Source: Podarcis erhardii
Taxonomy: Eukaryota
Reading direction: 5' to 3' (one strand)
Assembly (NCBI GenBank): GCA_964252035.1
Contig: OZ176209.1
DNA: 64,000 nt
A program made the translations under genes and the position numbers. Positions 13,195-26,880 of this stretch are shown piece by piece. The notes under the pieces were generated by a model that saw nothing but the letters and a program-made list of their open reading frames with translations, was not told the origin of the DNA and ran no database searches. Position 1 is the first letter of the stretch, and each line of letters starts with the position of its first letter.

Positions 13195-13700
13195 ACCTAG
13201 CCATGTAGTCGGTGCATTGCTGACCTCAAGATTGGACTGCTGCAATGTGCTCTGTGTGGGGCTGTCCTTGGACCTCCTCCAGAAGCTCCAGCTAGGGTAG
13301 AATGCAGCAGCTAGACTTCTGATAGGAAGAGATGGGAGACAGCGTACAACCCCTTTCTAAATCACCTGTACTGGCTGCCAGCAGGCTACCAATCCAGGTT
13401 CAAGGTTCTCATATTAACAGTTTAGGTCCAGCCCTTATATTCCAGCTTGATCACTGAGAACACCCGGAGGAGAACTCTTAGTTGTTACAGAGGCCCAAGT
13501 GTCCTCAACCAGGTCATGCATTTAGTGTTTCCTGTCTCATGCTATGGAATGCTCTTCCAGGGGAGATTTTTGCAGGCACATTCTCTATTTTATGCCAAAG
13601 GTCAGTTTAAAATTTGTTAATGGTTATTTTGTATTGTTTTGATGGTATGTTATGTTTTATTGTATTTGTACATTTTGTTGTACACTGCCTTTATATTTTA
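13195..13700 (+). mobile_element. L2 LINE 3' fragment, degraded
   Basis: gattggactgctgcaatgtgctctgtgtggggctgtccttg...ctccagct...aatgcagcagctagact...tactggctgcca matches the decayed LDYCNAL..GLP...LQ.VQNAAARL...LHWLP region. Confidence 0.6.
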
Positions 13701-14718
13701 CATGAGATGGCAGTACATCAATACTTTTCTAAGTAATAAACAGATATCTGACCATTGGCCATGCAGCCTGGGGATGGTGGGAGTTGTAGTTCAAAAATAT
13801 ATGGAGTGCACCAGGGTGGGAAATGCTGGTGCAGAGCATGGTAGAAAACTCTTGCACACTTTAACAGTTTTGCTTTGGAGATACAGTTGATAAATACAGT
13901 CACACTTTTAAATATTCGGTCCTCATTGCAGTTCCCCTCATGAGGGTCTCGCCCCCCCTGACCGCTTGCAACTTTAATGCATGTAAAGTGTACCTTGGTT
14001 TTTTTGTTTGTTTTTTTTACAGATTTTTAATTTTCTTTATTTCTTATTATAGTAGTACTTTAATACTGCCAATAATATACAGATAATAAATTAATAATAT
14101 AAACAGGAGCAAGAGATAACAGAAACCGCAACTAAACATCATCTTCATTTTTATTTATATTTAAAGAAATGAATAAGTGTTCTAGGGTGATAGTGTAAAA
14201 AATGTACAGTTGCTGTCAAATTATGATGCTTCTATATTCCACTAGGAATGCTTTTATCCTGACAATTGTAGAAGGTTCATTGAAATTGAGAAACAAGAAG
14301 CATATTTATACTTTCCAACACTACCTTCAAAAAAATTTCATTTGTAGTTTCTTACCCTCTTCTCAATATAAATTCATGTGTTTTTCCATGGACGATCTAG
14401 GGCATACAACAAGGAGACAGAATGACTTAATATCTAGTAGTTTGATACTAAAAATGAAATGTTGTTGCTAACACACACATCTCTGGCTACAATCTTGTGT
14501 ATTTACTTTTAACAGATTTGGAGAGCTCACCTGAGACCTCTTGAATTTCCCATTCCTGGCTCCAGCCTCACAGCAGCCCTATTAAAAGAAACTTCTAATA
14601 AGCTACAGTCTTTCAGAATGTGGCTAAAACCTGCTTGCTCTCTCATGTCTTGACTTTGCCTAACCCTGTCTTGCATCCTTGAATTTGATTCCCTTCACTG
14701 TTTGCTGATATTCTCCTC

Positions 14719-15130
14719 TAGGGATGCGTGAATCTGCCAATTTTGGTTTCAGATTCTCATTTTTCCAAATCGTAAATTCAGTTCTCCACATATTCACCTT
14801 TGACAATGATGATAGTGATGATAACCTCATGAAAATTCATCAACAAATTTCTCCTAATATATAGTTTTTTGTATGCTATATTGCCTAATACACATTTTCA
14901 CAAAACATTTTTTTCCTAATACAGTATGATGAGTTATGTATGTTGCTTTCTCTAATATATGCATTTTAAAGCATTTTTTAAAAAACCTTATATGCATCGT
15001 TGTACATATGACTTTGCTGGAGAATTGCATTGCAAAACTGGGAGAAGTATATTGTGTATTGTCAGAGAAAGTGTAAGTTAGGTAGGTTCACTTTTAAATG
15101 GAAAGTGAATTGAATTTCTCCCCATTCCAT
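14719..15130. mobile_element. Old hAT (Ac-like TAGGGATG end) non-autonomous element; relatives near 8821-9165 and 33480-33660
   Basis: Starts TAGGGATG and ends gaatttctccccattcca; the same AT-rich degenerate interior recurs elsewhere in the window. Confidence 0.5.
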
Positions 15131-16224
15131 CATTCTGTCTCATGCTCAGGGGCATTGCTAGATATTAAAGGCACCAGCTCATAGGACAAATTTGCATAAA
15201 TGTGTAGAGTGCCTTTGTGGAAATTAAGGTGCGGGTGGGGGCTGCAGTCTCACTGGCACTGCACTTCTGCAGCATGCCCAGCTGACCTGAAAGCAAAGTA
15301 AAACATTATTTTTCAATTCCCAAAAAAGCAGAGAAGAGGGAAGAGATCTGAGACCGGTGTATTAAAGACTCAGAGAGGTCAGGCTCTCTGGGCATCCCTT
15401 TAGCAACACCTCTTCTGATGCCCTTAACATTCTTTCCCCCCTTGATCTAGCGATGGCATTCAACTCTTTCTCCTGGCTTGCTGAGCCGCTCTTCATATGC
15501 ATTCCCAGTGCACAGATGAAGACATCCCGAGGAAACCCTGCACTTACAGAAGTTCTGTGTGAGAAAATTTGGCTCAAGTTAATCGGCCGTTGGGATAGTA
15601 TGGATGGAAGACACTTTAAAAATTAGTCCATATTCCTCTCCCCGACTGTTTTTGAGTTATCTTTCAAAGATAAGTACATCCGACATTTTTTTTTTAAAAA
15701 AAACAACAAACACCAAACTGCAGCAATATTTCATTTTATTGAGCTTGAAGCAGTTGTCACTGTGCATGAACTGTGAAATTGGCATTTCTGAGCCCGGTGC
15801 TGGAGGTGGTCTTCATCATGACAAGTGATGTCAATTGTGACAGCAGCAGTGATAAATCTCTATGGAAGCAACAGTAAATAACTTCCATTCTAATATTGAT
15901 TTAACTGACAGAATGGAAGACTGTCTTCATTACTTGAAAGTTAAGTCTTCCTTGTTTCTATTATGGTGAAACTAGGATGTGTACAGGATTTCCACAAGCT
16001 GAGCTGTGGATGCAGGTGAATAGACTGTACACTGCCAAGGAAGGGTGTGATTGGTCCTTCCTTGGCTGAAGGAATTAATAAAGAATGAAGCCCTCTTAAA
16101 GGGGGAAGGGACTGGGGTGTCATGTGTTAATAGAACTTAAGGTTGAGGGCATCATGTCAGTGGCAGGCTCTGACCCCTGCCCTACACACATTCTAGCAAA
16201 ATATCTGCAATATGCCCATGTGTC

Positions 16225-16871
16225 CATAGAATCATAGAATTTAAGAGTTGGAAGAGACCCCTAGGGTCATCTAGGCCATCACCCTCCAATGCAGGAATTT
16301 AAACTAAATCATACATGACAGATGGCCATCCAAGCTCTGCTTTAAAACCACCAAGGAGGGAGAGCCCACCACCTCCCGTGGGAGTCTGTTCCATGGCTGA
16401 ACAGCTCTTACTGTCAGAAAGTAATTCCTAATGTTTAGTCAGAATCTCCTTTCTGGTAACTTGAATCCATTGGTTTGGGTCCTAGTCTCCAGAGCAGGAG
16501 AAACCAAGCCTGCTTCATTTTTCACATGACAGCTCTTCAGCTATTTCAAGGTGGCCATCATATCTCCTCTCTCTCCTCTTTATGAGGCTAAACACATAAC
16601 ACAACTCCTTCAACAATTCCTCAAAAGGTTTGGTTTCCAGACTACTTATTATCTTGGCCACTCTTCTCTGTACATGTTCAAGCTTGTCTATATCCTTCTT
16701 AAATTGTGGTGCCCAAAACCGGACACAGAATTTTAGGTGTGATCTTACCAGTGCAGAACAGAGTGGGACAATTATTTCCCTTGCTGATGCAGCCTAAAAG
16801 AGCACTAGCTTCTTTTGCTGCTGCATCCCACTGTTGACTCGTGTTAAGCTTATGGTCTACTAAGACCCCTA
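16225..16871 (-). mobile_element. CR1 LINE 3' fragment, older and degraded
   Basis: Begins catagaatcatagaat (reverse octamer tail) and continues as the reverse complement of the same CR1 ORF2 end seen at 19420-20235. Confidence 0.88.
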
Positions 16872-17579
16872 GTAGACCCCAGCAGACAACAAAAAAAGGA
16901 AAATATCAATGAGTCCAAATTAGGAAAATATATGCTAGAGAAAAATCCAGGTGTATTTCTCAAAATGTGAGTAGTCCTACCTGAACAAATGACAATATAG
17001 TGATTCTGCTTCCCAGAGCCAGGGAGAAGAAGCTGTTACAGCTACACTTTGCTAGTTGTGGACAGTCTCTGAACTGAGCATAAGAACACCACCAGTTTAC
17101 AAAATCCAATATCCAATAAGATGCGCCAGAAAGGGTCTGGATGTTTGAAGACTACAATCATTTAATTTTTAGCCAGTCATTCCTTTGATATTATCCCCTT
17201 TATCTTTTGGGCACCTAACTCTGGCATAAACCTTATTTCTTCACTTGCATCTGTGGCCCACTCACACAGAAAATCAGCAACTCGTGTCATTTATATATGT
17301 TTTGTGTATTGGTACTAAAGGATGCTGCTCATGTCAAAAGGGATCGAATGAATAATGGTTCTGCAATCAGCTACTACTCATGGGGAAGGAAGCAAAAAAA
17401 TCTAACTGGTGCAATAAACAGAGGTTGTGGAGGAGACCACTGCCTGTTGGCCTTCTCAGACCCACCAGTTCCACCATATTATCACTGCCTACTGACTGAA
17501 ACACCAGCAGTTATTGGGGTGGTGGAGTGAGGACCGGTTATCTGAAACTGCAGTAATTTCATCTAATTTAGGGTAGCAT

Positions 17580-17756
17580 TGGAACTGCAATATATTAAGT
17601 CAGGACATTGGTCCATTTGCTCTATATTGCCCACAGTGCCTAGCAGTGGCTCTCAGGGATTTGAGATCAAAGGCTAAGGCTGGGAAATGATGGCAGGGAT
17701 TGATCCTGGACCCTTCTGCATACAAATCACATGCTCTCCCTCTGTGCTATGACCCA
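17580..17756 (-). mobile_element. tRNA-derived SINE (Squam2-like), degraded
   Basis: Reverse complement gives gggtcatagcacagagggagagcatgtgatttgtatgcagaagggtccaggatcaatccctg. Confidence 0.6.
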
Positions 17757-19419
17757 TTGCATTTCATTGTGTTATTGACTGCAACCTATGTACATGACCC
17801 ATAGCTCAACTGCAGAAAGCAGGGCTGCAGGATGCCATCAGAATCTGGGCACACCACACAGTTTAGCTATTTTACATGAGATGACCAGACAATATAACTG
17901 CTGTGAGTATGTCAACCTCTTCACCAATTTCTGTTCAATAAGTAACATCTGAAAAGACCCTACTCACCCTGCAAAGATTATTCTACATAAACTTCATGGC
18001 ATAAACGATTTTCAAATCTGGAGATATATTTTCTGGTTGACTTGTTCCTCTCTGGATGAAAATTTCATTTTTGGAGTTTGATTCGCTTCCCAATCCTCAG
18101 CCCATTAAAGCAAGCACAATAGATGCTTGTACTGATACTCCCAGGAATGTTGTGGTCATCTGTGCTTGCAAATGATTTGGTGTGATTTGCATAAAGTTGG
18201 TAAAAAAAAAATAGTAGAAAGAATGCCTGTCCTGAGCAAACATGCCAACAGGAAAAGAAATCAAACAGCACTGTATGTACCTGCGAGGCTGTTTCACAAG
18301 GGCAGATTATTCACGTGGCTGCAAGAGGTAGGAACCTCATAGCTTTCTTCTCATAAATCCTGCTAACTTTTGAGGGTGGTTTGGCAAAGGCCTTTTAAAA
18401 GCACAATGTCCCACTAAATAAATGGTCTGTGAGTAGCACTGCAGCACTCCAGAAAGCGTCTCTTTCCCAAAGAGAAGAATCTCTGTTTGATTTCTCGAAT
18501 TCCTTCACAACCATCCACTTCTCTAATCCCTGGTAAAACAAGGCATTTTAAATACCTTCTGGAGGCTCAAGTTCAAATGCCCCTGCAATTTCTCTAAATT
18601 AAAAAATAACCACTAAGTTTAAATCAACACACATCTAAATATACATAAAAGGCTAACTATTTTTAAAATTACCTTCTATAGTAACTGGCTAATTTTATGG
18701 CTAGACATAATTCTTAAACATACTGCCATTCTTTTTTGTCTCTTTGCCTATATTGGTAACGAAGGAACCTGATCAGAGAAGACTAAATATTATAAGCTTG
18801 TGTGGAAAATAAAGGAAAAGTAGTCTTAGAAATGCAACATGAGTCTCTCTGTGTGTACACACCACATATTCCAAACACATCCCACATTGGCACAAGCAGT
18901 ACACAACATACCAAGATGTAATATGTTCATTTAATCAAAGCCATGTGTAATTGAGTGAGTTTACAGTCATACAGTGAACTAAATGTCCCATGCTTGAAAC
19001 AATTTTGTCAATGCATTTAAACCATAAATGACAGTTATTTATTAGCTTGTGTGGGAAATCATATACTGTGTTATTTGGGAAGCTGGCTATAATTTTCTAT
19101 ATTTGCTGCTTCCCGTCAAATGCTGAAGCAGTGTCCATTTCTTCTGAGTACAAACAGGGGTATGACAACTATCATGTCTATTGAAATTAATTCATATCAG
19201 TTGTCAAAAATTCTGGTGCAGTATTGATCCAAGATGGGGGGGGAAAAGGGTTAAATATGCATGACGTTTTGCATTAAGAAGTTCTGCTTGCAAATGGTAT
19301 GAAACAAATCAGACTATTGTCCATTCTATGCTTGAGTGCAATACTGTTATTATTACTAGACAGATATTTCCATTGGATCATAAAATGCCCACATTGGTTA
19401 TTATTGGATAGAGTACACA

Positions 19420-20235
19420 GATTAGAGAACTGGGCCAAAACAAACAAGATGAATTTTAATAGGGAGAAATGTAAAGTATTGCACTTGGGCAAAAAAAACG
19501 AGAGGCACAAATACAAGATGGGTGACACCTGGCTTGAGAGCAGTACATGTGAAAAGGATCTAGGAGTCTTGGTTGACCACAAACTTGACATGAGCCAACA
19601 GTGTGACGCGGCAGCTAAAAAAGCCAATGCAATTCTGGGCTGCATCAATAGGAGTATAGCATCTAGATCAAGGGAAGTAATAGTGCCACTGTATTCTGCT
19701 CTGGTCAGACCTCACCTGGAGTACTGTGTCCAGTTCTGGGCTCCACAGTTCAAGAAGGACACTGACAAACTGGAACGTGTCCAGAGGAGGGCAACCAAAA
19801 TGGTCAAAGGCCTGGAAACGATGCCTTATGAGGAACGGCTAAGGGAGCTGGGCATGTTTAGCCTGGAGAAGAGGAGGTTAAGGGGTGATATGATAGCCAT
19901 GTTCAAATATATAAAAGGATGTCACATAGAGGAGGGAGAAAGGTTGTTTTCTGCTGCTCCAGAGAAGCAGACACGGAGCAATGGTTCCAAACTACAAGAA
20001 AAAAGATTCCACCTAAACATTAGGAAGAACTTCCTGACAGTAAGAGCTGTTCGACAGTGGAATTTGCTGCCAAGGAGTGTGGTGGAGTCTCCTTCTTTGG
20101 AGGTCTTTAAGCAGAGGCTTGACAACCATATGTCAGGAGTGCTCTAATGGTGTTTCCTGCTTGGCAGGGGGTTGGACTCGATGGCCCTTGTGGTCTCTTC
20201 CAACTCTATGATTCTATGATTCTATGATTCTATGA
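19420..20235 (+). mobile_element. CR1 LINE, 5'-truncated, with open ORF2 C-terminus and (ATTCTATG)n tail
   Basis: ORF reads KTNKMNFNREKCKVLHLG...EKDLGVLVD...LYSALVRPHLEYCVQFW...WNLLP..VV. The 3' UTR hairpin is followed by octamer repeats at 20207-20235. Confidence 0.96.
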
Positions 20236-20357
20236 GAGTTTCAAAAATATCTTATACACTGTTTTGAAAGGTTAACAATGACATAACTAGATATTACTTA
20301 TTAATGGCATAACTAGATATTACTTATTCATTTACATGATTTCTAATTTACACCTTC

Positions 20358-20360
20358 AAC

Positions 20361-20410
<50 letters not shown>

Positions 20411-20470
20411 TTATTATTTGTACCCTGCCCATCTGGCTGGGTTTCCCCAGCCACTCTGGGCGGCTTCCAA
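20358..20470 (-). mobile_element. L2-type 3' end with (TTA)n tail
   Basis: Minus strand gaagccgcccagagtggctggggaaacccagccagatgggcagggtacaaataataaa(tta)n, the same motif as at 50230-50340. Confidence 0.7.
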
Positions 20471-22981
20471 CAAAGATGAAAACTAAAAGGACAGCTAACA
20501 GAATTGTCAGGGGGGGAAAGTACAGGTTGTTGTTGTTTTAAAGATTTATAAAACACATCAAAGCCAGAACCCTTCAAAGTGGTGTACAATAAAATAAAAT
20601 GTGATAGAATTCCAAAGATGCAGACTCTAGAAACAATGAAACTGCTTCTTAAATTTGTTCTGTTAATATTCCATAAATGACTGAATCTTGATTCAAAGGC
20701 AGCCTTCTCAAACTATTAGTTGTTGCAATGCATACAAATTAATACACCAAATAAAAACAACAAACCAAAAGAACAATTTATGCCAGAAGACTGGCTGAAA
20801 TATTCATGAGCAATTTCATTGCATGAAAATACACCAGAAAAAAACCTATTGTGATTTTTTTTTGTGTCCGTGGACTTGCAAGCTGTGTTCGTGGGCTTGC
20901 AATTTGTAGAAGCACATAAGACTGAAATGAGCACTAATTTTTCTAGCTTTTCCAAAGTAACTTTTACATTGTGTGAACGATCACATAAAATGTGGAAATT
21001 ATCAGGTAAGGAAACGTGAATGAGAAAGAGCTATGTATGCACATGTAGACAGGGGCTAAAAAATAAATGATTGCCAGGCTACTAGATCAGGTAGCTATAT
21101 ATTCTTTCTTTTGACCTATTGCCAGCCTGAGCAATGCTCCTTTCTGCCAGAAGCACCATTATTCTATTAACCCCTCTAAGAAAAAGATGGCTGCTCACAC
21201 AGCACTTGCCTTCACCTTTGCTTCCTCTATCAATTACCATAGTGTGTTCAGTTTTACAAAGTCATGCCCTGGGCAAGTAGAGCTGCTATGTTCAGAAAGT
21301 GAAGAGTCACTCAGAGCTGTGAATGTTGCTTTCCTCATCAAGCCAGTGGGGAGAAAAGGCAGCTCAATTGAGGAAGTAGTTGTGCATACAAACTGTACAC
21401 ACCACGTGCTCTACTACAAAATGAGAGTACAACTTGTGTGTAGGGACTTAAGAAAACATACTCTTCTGTTTGCCTGCATTCGACACATGCAGTACTGTTT
21501 CTGCCACTCTGCAGTTCATCTTCTGCCATTCATCTCACTGCCTGCTGTGGTGAAATTATATAATTTACATAAACAATTATGTAAATTGTGTAAAGTATGT
21601 TATCATTACATTATCCCATCCCACTCATTTCAGTGCAAAGAAAATGCAATGTAGATGGCGAGGCATAATCAATGGTGTATTATTTGTTGACCGAAAGCAA
21701 CACATCCTCACAAAAATAGAATATCAGTTTGTAAAACCACTTGCAGAACATACCTGAATTTCGCCAGCAATGTTATTTTCTTTCTGGCATCCAGCCACAT
21801 GCCAGGGCACATGTCTTGACTTAATGGGCAAAGACTTGGCCAAGGCAATTAAAATAAATAAATCACTCATTGATTGATTTAAATTTCTAGATCAGACGAC
21901 TAAGGTACCCTGGGCAGTTTACAAATTAGCAGTGAAACACACAAATGCAATTAAATAAAACAATCTCAACATAAATTCCTTAAAGACTCAGAGCCCAGCA
22001 TAAAGTAAAACCACAATAAAACAAAACACCAAAACCAAACAAGCAGCATGAAATTAGTGTAGATAATAGCTTGAGAACCAGGAAAGGGGACGGGGAATTA
22101 ATGCCAAGATCTAAAATGCACATAAAAATATGACCAGAATTAAAGACTTGGAAGAATACAAAGTTTGCAGAATTCTTGCCAAATATTCTCTGCTTGTTTC
22201 CGTCTTTGGGTGGTGGCCAGCGCCCCATTACCCAACACTGTACCTTGGAAGGTTGCAATATGTTGAACATTGTGGTGGCAGTAAAATGGTGGCCAGGGAA
22301 ACCTTTTAATAGCATCCCAACTTGTTTAATAGCATCCCAACTTGTTCACTCTAGAACCTCAGTATTTTACTGAGGGGGGATTAGACAAATACATGGGGAA
22401 TTAAGTTATCAGTGGCTGCTAGTCACAATGGCTGAATGCTGCCTCCAACAGAAGAAGGTGTATCCCACGGAATTACTGGTTTCTGAGGAGCATGAGTGGG
22501 AAGAGTGCTGATGCACTCAGATCCTGTTCAGAAGCTTCCCATAGGCATCTGCTTTTTCATTGTGAGAGCAGGCTGCTGAACAAGATGGGCCTTTGGCCTG
22601 ATCCAGCAGAGCTCTTCTATGTTCTTTTTACATTTTCTTCATTGCATGGCAAATCTAGACCAGGTCTTAGGAAAAGTGGCTGAAAAAATATGGATTATAT
22701 ATGTCTGTCAGTAAATGTCTGTCAGGGTCTGAATCTACATGCAAAGTACATATGTACAACTATGGCTGCTCCTCCCTAACCTATGTGCTAATCTTCCATT
22801 CTTTACTGTAACTGTGAAACAAGGAACAGCAGGGACAGCTAAAACAATTAGTAAAATTGTTTGACATCTTAAGTAACTGTTTATTTGTTTTCTGTTTGTT
22901 GGGAAACAGAGCCGTCCTTCCATATGGCACAGAGATCTGTCTTGAAAAGTGTGATTTTGCAGCTTCCATGGTGATAAAGTG

Positions 22982-23013
<32 letters not shown>

Positions 23014-23311
23014 ACCTCTCCTTTTTAAAACTCTCATTTCATGATATCAGAGTCCAACACAGTTCCATTTCTCCTTTAGACCAGATAAGAGCAAGAAAAA
23101 TGTTTACATCTTCTTTTATGTCTTCGATTTCCATATAGATTTGGGGTGTTACTGTCTTCCCCTCTTCCTCTTTGTTCTTGATCATGACTGTTCTACTCAT
23201 GACTGTTCTACTCATGACTGTTCTTTTTTTTAAAAAAATAAAAGGCTCAGAGAGCCATAGACAAATCAGAATTATTAACATGTCTATTAACATGACATAC
23301 ACATGGATACA

Positions 23312-23667
23312 GGGATGCGGGTGGTGCTGTGGGTAAATCCTCAGTGCCTAGGGCTTGCCGATCACATGGTCGGCGGTTCGAATCCCCGCGGCGGGGTGAG
23401 CTCTCGTCTGCGGTCCCAGCTCCTGCCCACCTAGCAGTTTGAAAGCACCCCTAAAGTGCAAGTAGATAAATAGGTACCGCTTTATAGCGGGAAGGTAAAT
23501 GGCGTTTCCGTGTGCTGTGCTGGTGCTGGCTCGTCAGAGCAGCTTCGTCACGCTGGCCACGTCACCCGGAAGTGTCTCCGGACAGCGCTGGCCCCCGGCC
23601 TCTTAAGTGAGATGGGCGCACAACCCTAGAGTTGGACACGACTGGCCCGTACGGGCAGGGGTACCTT
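23312..23667 (+). mobile_element. Sauria SINE (Squam1), full length
   Basis: Head GGGATGCGGGTGGTGCTGTGGG, GGTTCGAATCC, end GGGGTACCTT; perfect 13-bp TSD acacatggataca. Confidence 0.95.
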
Positions 23668-23746
23668 ACACATGGATACAAACATGTATTTCTATTGCCT
23701 ACTCCAATATTTGCCAGTGATTGAAAATATCTAAAGAGAACATATG

Positions 23747-23777
<31 letters not shown>

Positions 23778-24282
23778 AAAAATAATCTGGATGTGATCAT
23801 GCATATCATCACATCAAGGCACTTTCCCCAATATTGTATCTACAGGAATGCATTGCTGTGCTTGACAGTTAAGTGCATGGAAGGAGTGAGGGAAATGTTT
23901 TCATCTGTAGACCACATTCCCTCATCAGCAAACCTGCATGCTGTTGGTGGGCAGGACAAGAGGCAAAGGTGTGTGAGGTCAAAGAGGCAACAACAAATGG
24001 GCAGATCAATGGTTGCAACTCTCACCTTCATTCAGTAGGCTATCCTTTAGCACACAAAAGTCAGAGGGTTGTGCAACCCTCACTCACATCAAAGCAGGAG
24101 GCATCATGACAGCTCAAATACCAATTCCTGTCTGACAAAAAGCACTTGATGAGGCTGTAAAGCAGGGCTGGGAAGGACTGTAGTCTAGGGAGAATTCTGG
24201 GGGTAAAATAGAGAAGCCTGGACTTGGCTCCAGGGCCTGAGGTTCCCAACCCACAATGAATGGGGTCACAAGCTAAGCAATG

Positions 24283-24429
24283 CAGGGGCAGAATTTGGCA
24301 ATCTTTCCTAATATGGTGCCCTGACCGAGTCCAAATTTTGGTGCCCCCATATGGATCTTCTCAATTATGGATCTACTCAATTTTGCATCCTTGGCACCCT
24401 GTGGCCATACTGCCCTAAATCCGGTGCTG
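24283..24429. mobile_element. Old hAT-type MITE
   Basis: Degenerate ends CAGGGGCAGAATTT / AAATCCGGTGCTG; agcaatg is repeated on both flanks. Confidence 0.6.
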
Positions 24430-26224
24430 AGCAATGGAAGATGCTTGAACCAGCCTTAGGATGATAATGAGGATGAGGATGACAGATCAGTTCCATTTCT
24501 GAGAATCTAGGAAATTTGGAATTAAGAACACATTCCTAATCCTTTGACAGAATCCTTATGCAAATGTATTAAAAAGCTAAGCTTTTACTGGAAGAAAATA
24601 TATGCCCAAATTTGACCCAAGGCTCGTTGCTATTCAGTTCTAGTGGTTCTGGCAGTAACTCCGTAGTAAAAGAACTCAATTCTACATGGAGTTGGGGATG
24701 CTCTACCCATTAACACCTTTAAGCAGGCCTTCAAAATCTCTATTTTAGTTGCTGCTTTTAATGGCTACTTTGTGCTATATCTGGGTTTTGTTTTAGTTTT
24801 GTTTGTTTGCATGGTTATGTTCGTTCATGCTGGTTTTTGTAAAGTTTTGTACTATAAAGAAATGTCTGTTTCTAACTTGCTTTTAAAGTTGTATTATGGT
24901 TCTATTTTGTAAAATCATGTTGGGAAGCATTTTGTTTGGAAAGTAATCTATGCCATTTATAAAGATCAAATAAAAATAATTCTTGTGTGTGTGATGGAAC
25001 TACCCAAGGGTATGTAAGAAACACCAGGTCGAGAGAAATAACTGGAATTACACCCCCCCCACACACATGGATAATTAGCCATCATCCCATAGATAAGGAA
25101 CCTATGGTCCTCTAGATTTCCTGAACTACAACTTACATAACCCCTGATCAATTATCATGCTGGCTTAGCGGGTTGAGTCTTGGAGTCTGACAATATCTGG
25201 TGGGCTACACGTTCCCCATCCTTGACTTATGCTTTCTGTGGATGTACCAATTAGTACCAGTCTTCAAATTATTCTGGCATGAAGAACCAGCCAGTATCAA
25301 TCACCTCCCAGCAGAAAGTTTTCTTCCTCTCTCTTAACACTAGAACATGAGGACATCCACTGAAGCTGAATTTTGGAAGAGACAGGACAAAAAAAAGGAA
25401 AGTAAACCTTCACATGGCACATATTCCTCTGAATAGCATACCGAGTGCACTTGGGAACCAATTAGAAGCTGGAATAGCTTCTATAATTCTGAGGTGTCCT
25501 GGTCAAATCAGGGCAGTTGATGGGTATACATTTGGTTGGCCACTGAGAGAACAGGATGCTGAAATAGATGGCCCTTTGGTCTGATCCAGCGTGGCTCTTA
25601 TATTTTTAATTTGCCACAAGTCTACAGAAATAGAGGCTCACAAAAATATAGGCCTAGAAAGGTAAATAACCCTTCAGATATTGCCCAAAGATAGCAAGAA
25701 GTGACCCTAAGAAATCACACTATTCTTTATGCTTAATTGTTTCCATTATGGGGAATTTGCTGAAAGGTGTAGTGATTGCCAGTATAAAACAAAATGAATA
25801 AATAGCTTGTTTGCAAATGAGCATATAATTCATATTCACAGAGTGCTGCTTCTTCATTTGTATTTGTATTTTCCACTGGATATTTGGAGTAGGAGTAGCA
25901 CCTAGTGGCCACTTGGATTCTTGCTTGCTGCAGAAATAGTTCAGACCTTTCTTTCACTTTACTTGCTGATCTTTCCTAACGTTTTGATGTGGCTGCCTTA
26001 AGTTACACAACACACTTCAAATGCCATGAATCCCCCGAATTGACATAGCACAAATTCCTGTTTTGAAGCTCTTTTTATGCTTTTAAGTTCTTGAATGCAA
26101 AATGCACAAAGGTTAACCGTGAGTACATAACACAAGCATCCAGGGTTGCTTAGCTTGGTTCCATAGTGTGGATTGATCGAAATATATGCCATCTGTGATA
26201 CTTCCTGCTCTGCTAACTTGAAAA

Positions 26225-26314
26225 CTGAAGGGGGCCGCTGTTGAGGATGATTCAGAATATTCAACTAATCCAAAATACCGCCGCCAGACTACTGGCCAGG
26301 ATTCCATTTAGAGC

Positions 26315-26396
<82 letters not shown>

Positions 26397-26880
26397 TATT
26401 TTAAAACAGCTGCACCCATTGCTAGTTCATTAGGAGACCCAATTCAGAGTTCTCACATTAGTGATTAAAGCCCGAACAACTTAGGTCTCCCAAATAACTG
26501 CAGAGCTGCTTAGATGTCTACAGACCATCTGTAGAGGGGGCTCTCATTGTAGCTCCACCATTCTCAAAGTGTGGGGAATGGTGGCCTGGTCAAAGCTTTC
26601 CTTGTGGCAGCTCCTAACTTGTGGAGTTCCATCCCCATGGGGGTTAGACCAGCATCTTTTTTGTATAGCTTTCACCACATGCTGAAGTTACACCTCTTTG
26701 CCCTGACCTTTGTTTTGTGGAAGCACCCCTTTTCTTGAAGCTGTGCTGTGCTGTTCTAGCTGGATAGTTTTACTGGAATTTTTTTTCCTAATTGTAACTG
26801 TTCTGTTTTTATAATTGTATATTATATTGTTGCAATCTGCCCTGGGAGCTTATGGTGAAGAAATCTAATAAATTAATTTT
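26225..26880 (+). mobile_element. L2 LINE 3' fragment containing an expanded (CT)n(CA)n microsatellite
   Basis: Translates IQNIQLIQNTAARLLA before the repeat; L2-like sequence continues after 26396. Confidence 0.6.
26318..26396. repeat. Compound (CT)n(CA)n microsatellite
   Basis: Direct reading. Confidence 0.97.

Noticed and set aside
19299-20147. The 282-aa ORF as a host gene
   Set aside because: It is the CR1 ORF2 C-terminus; the first 40 or so codons are unrelated flanking DNA.
21187-21654. Other ORF-track entries of 60-155 aa in intergenic or intronic DNA
   Set aside because: They show no homology I can recognise, and many are driven by microsatellites (poly-HT, CV, LS, YI).
23182-23223. 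Short local tandem duplications (15-bp unit here; about 20-bp units near 22305-22345 and 46630-46684)
   Set aside because: These are ordinary slippage duplications with no functional context.
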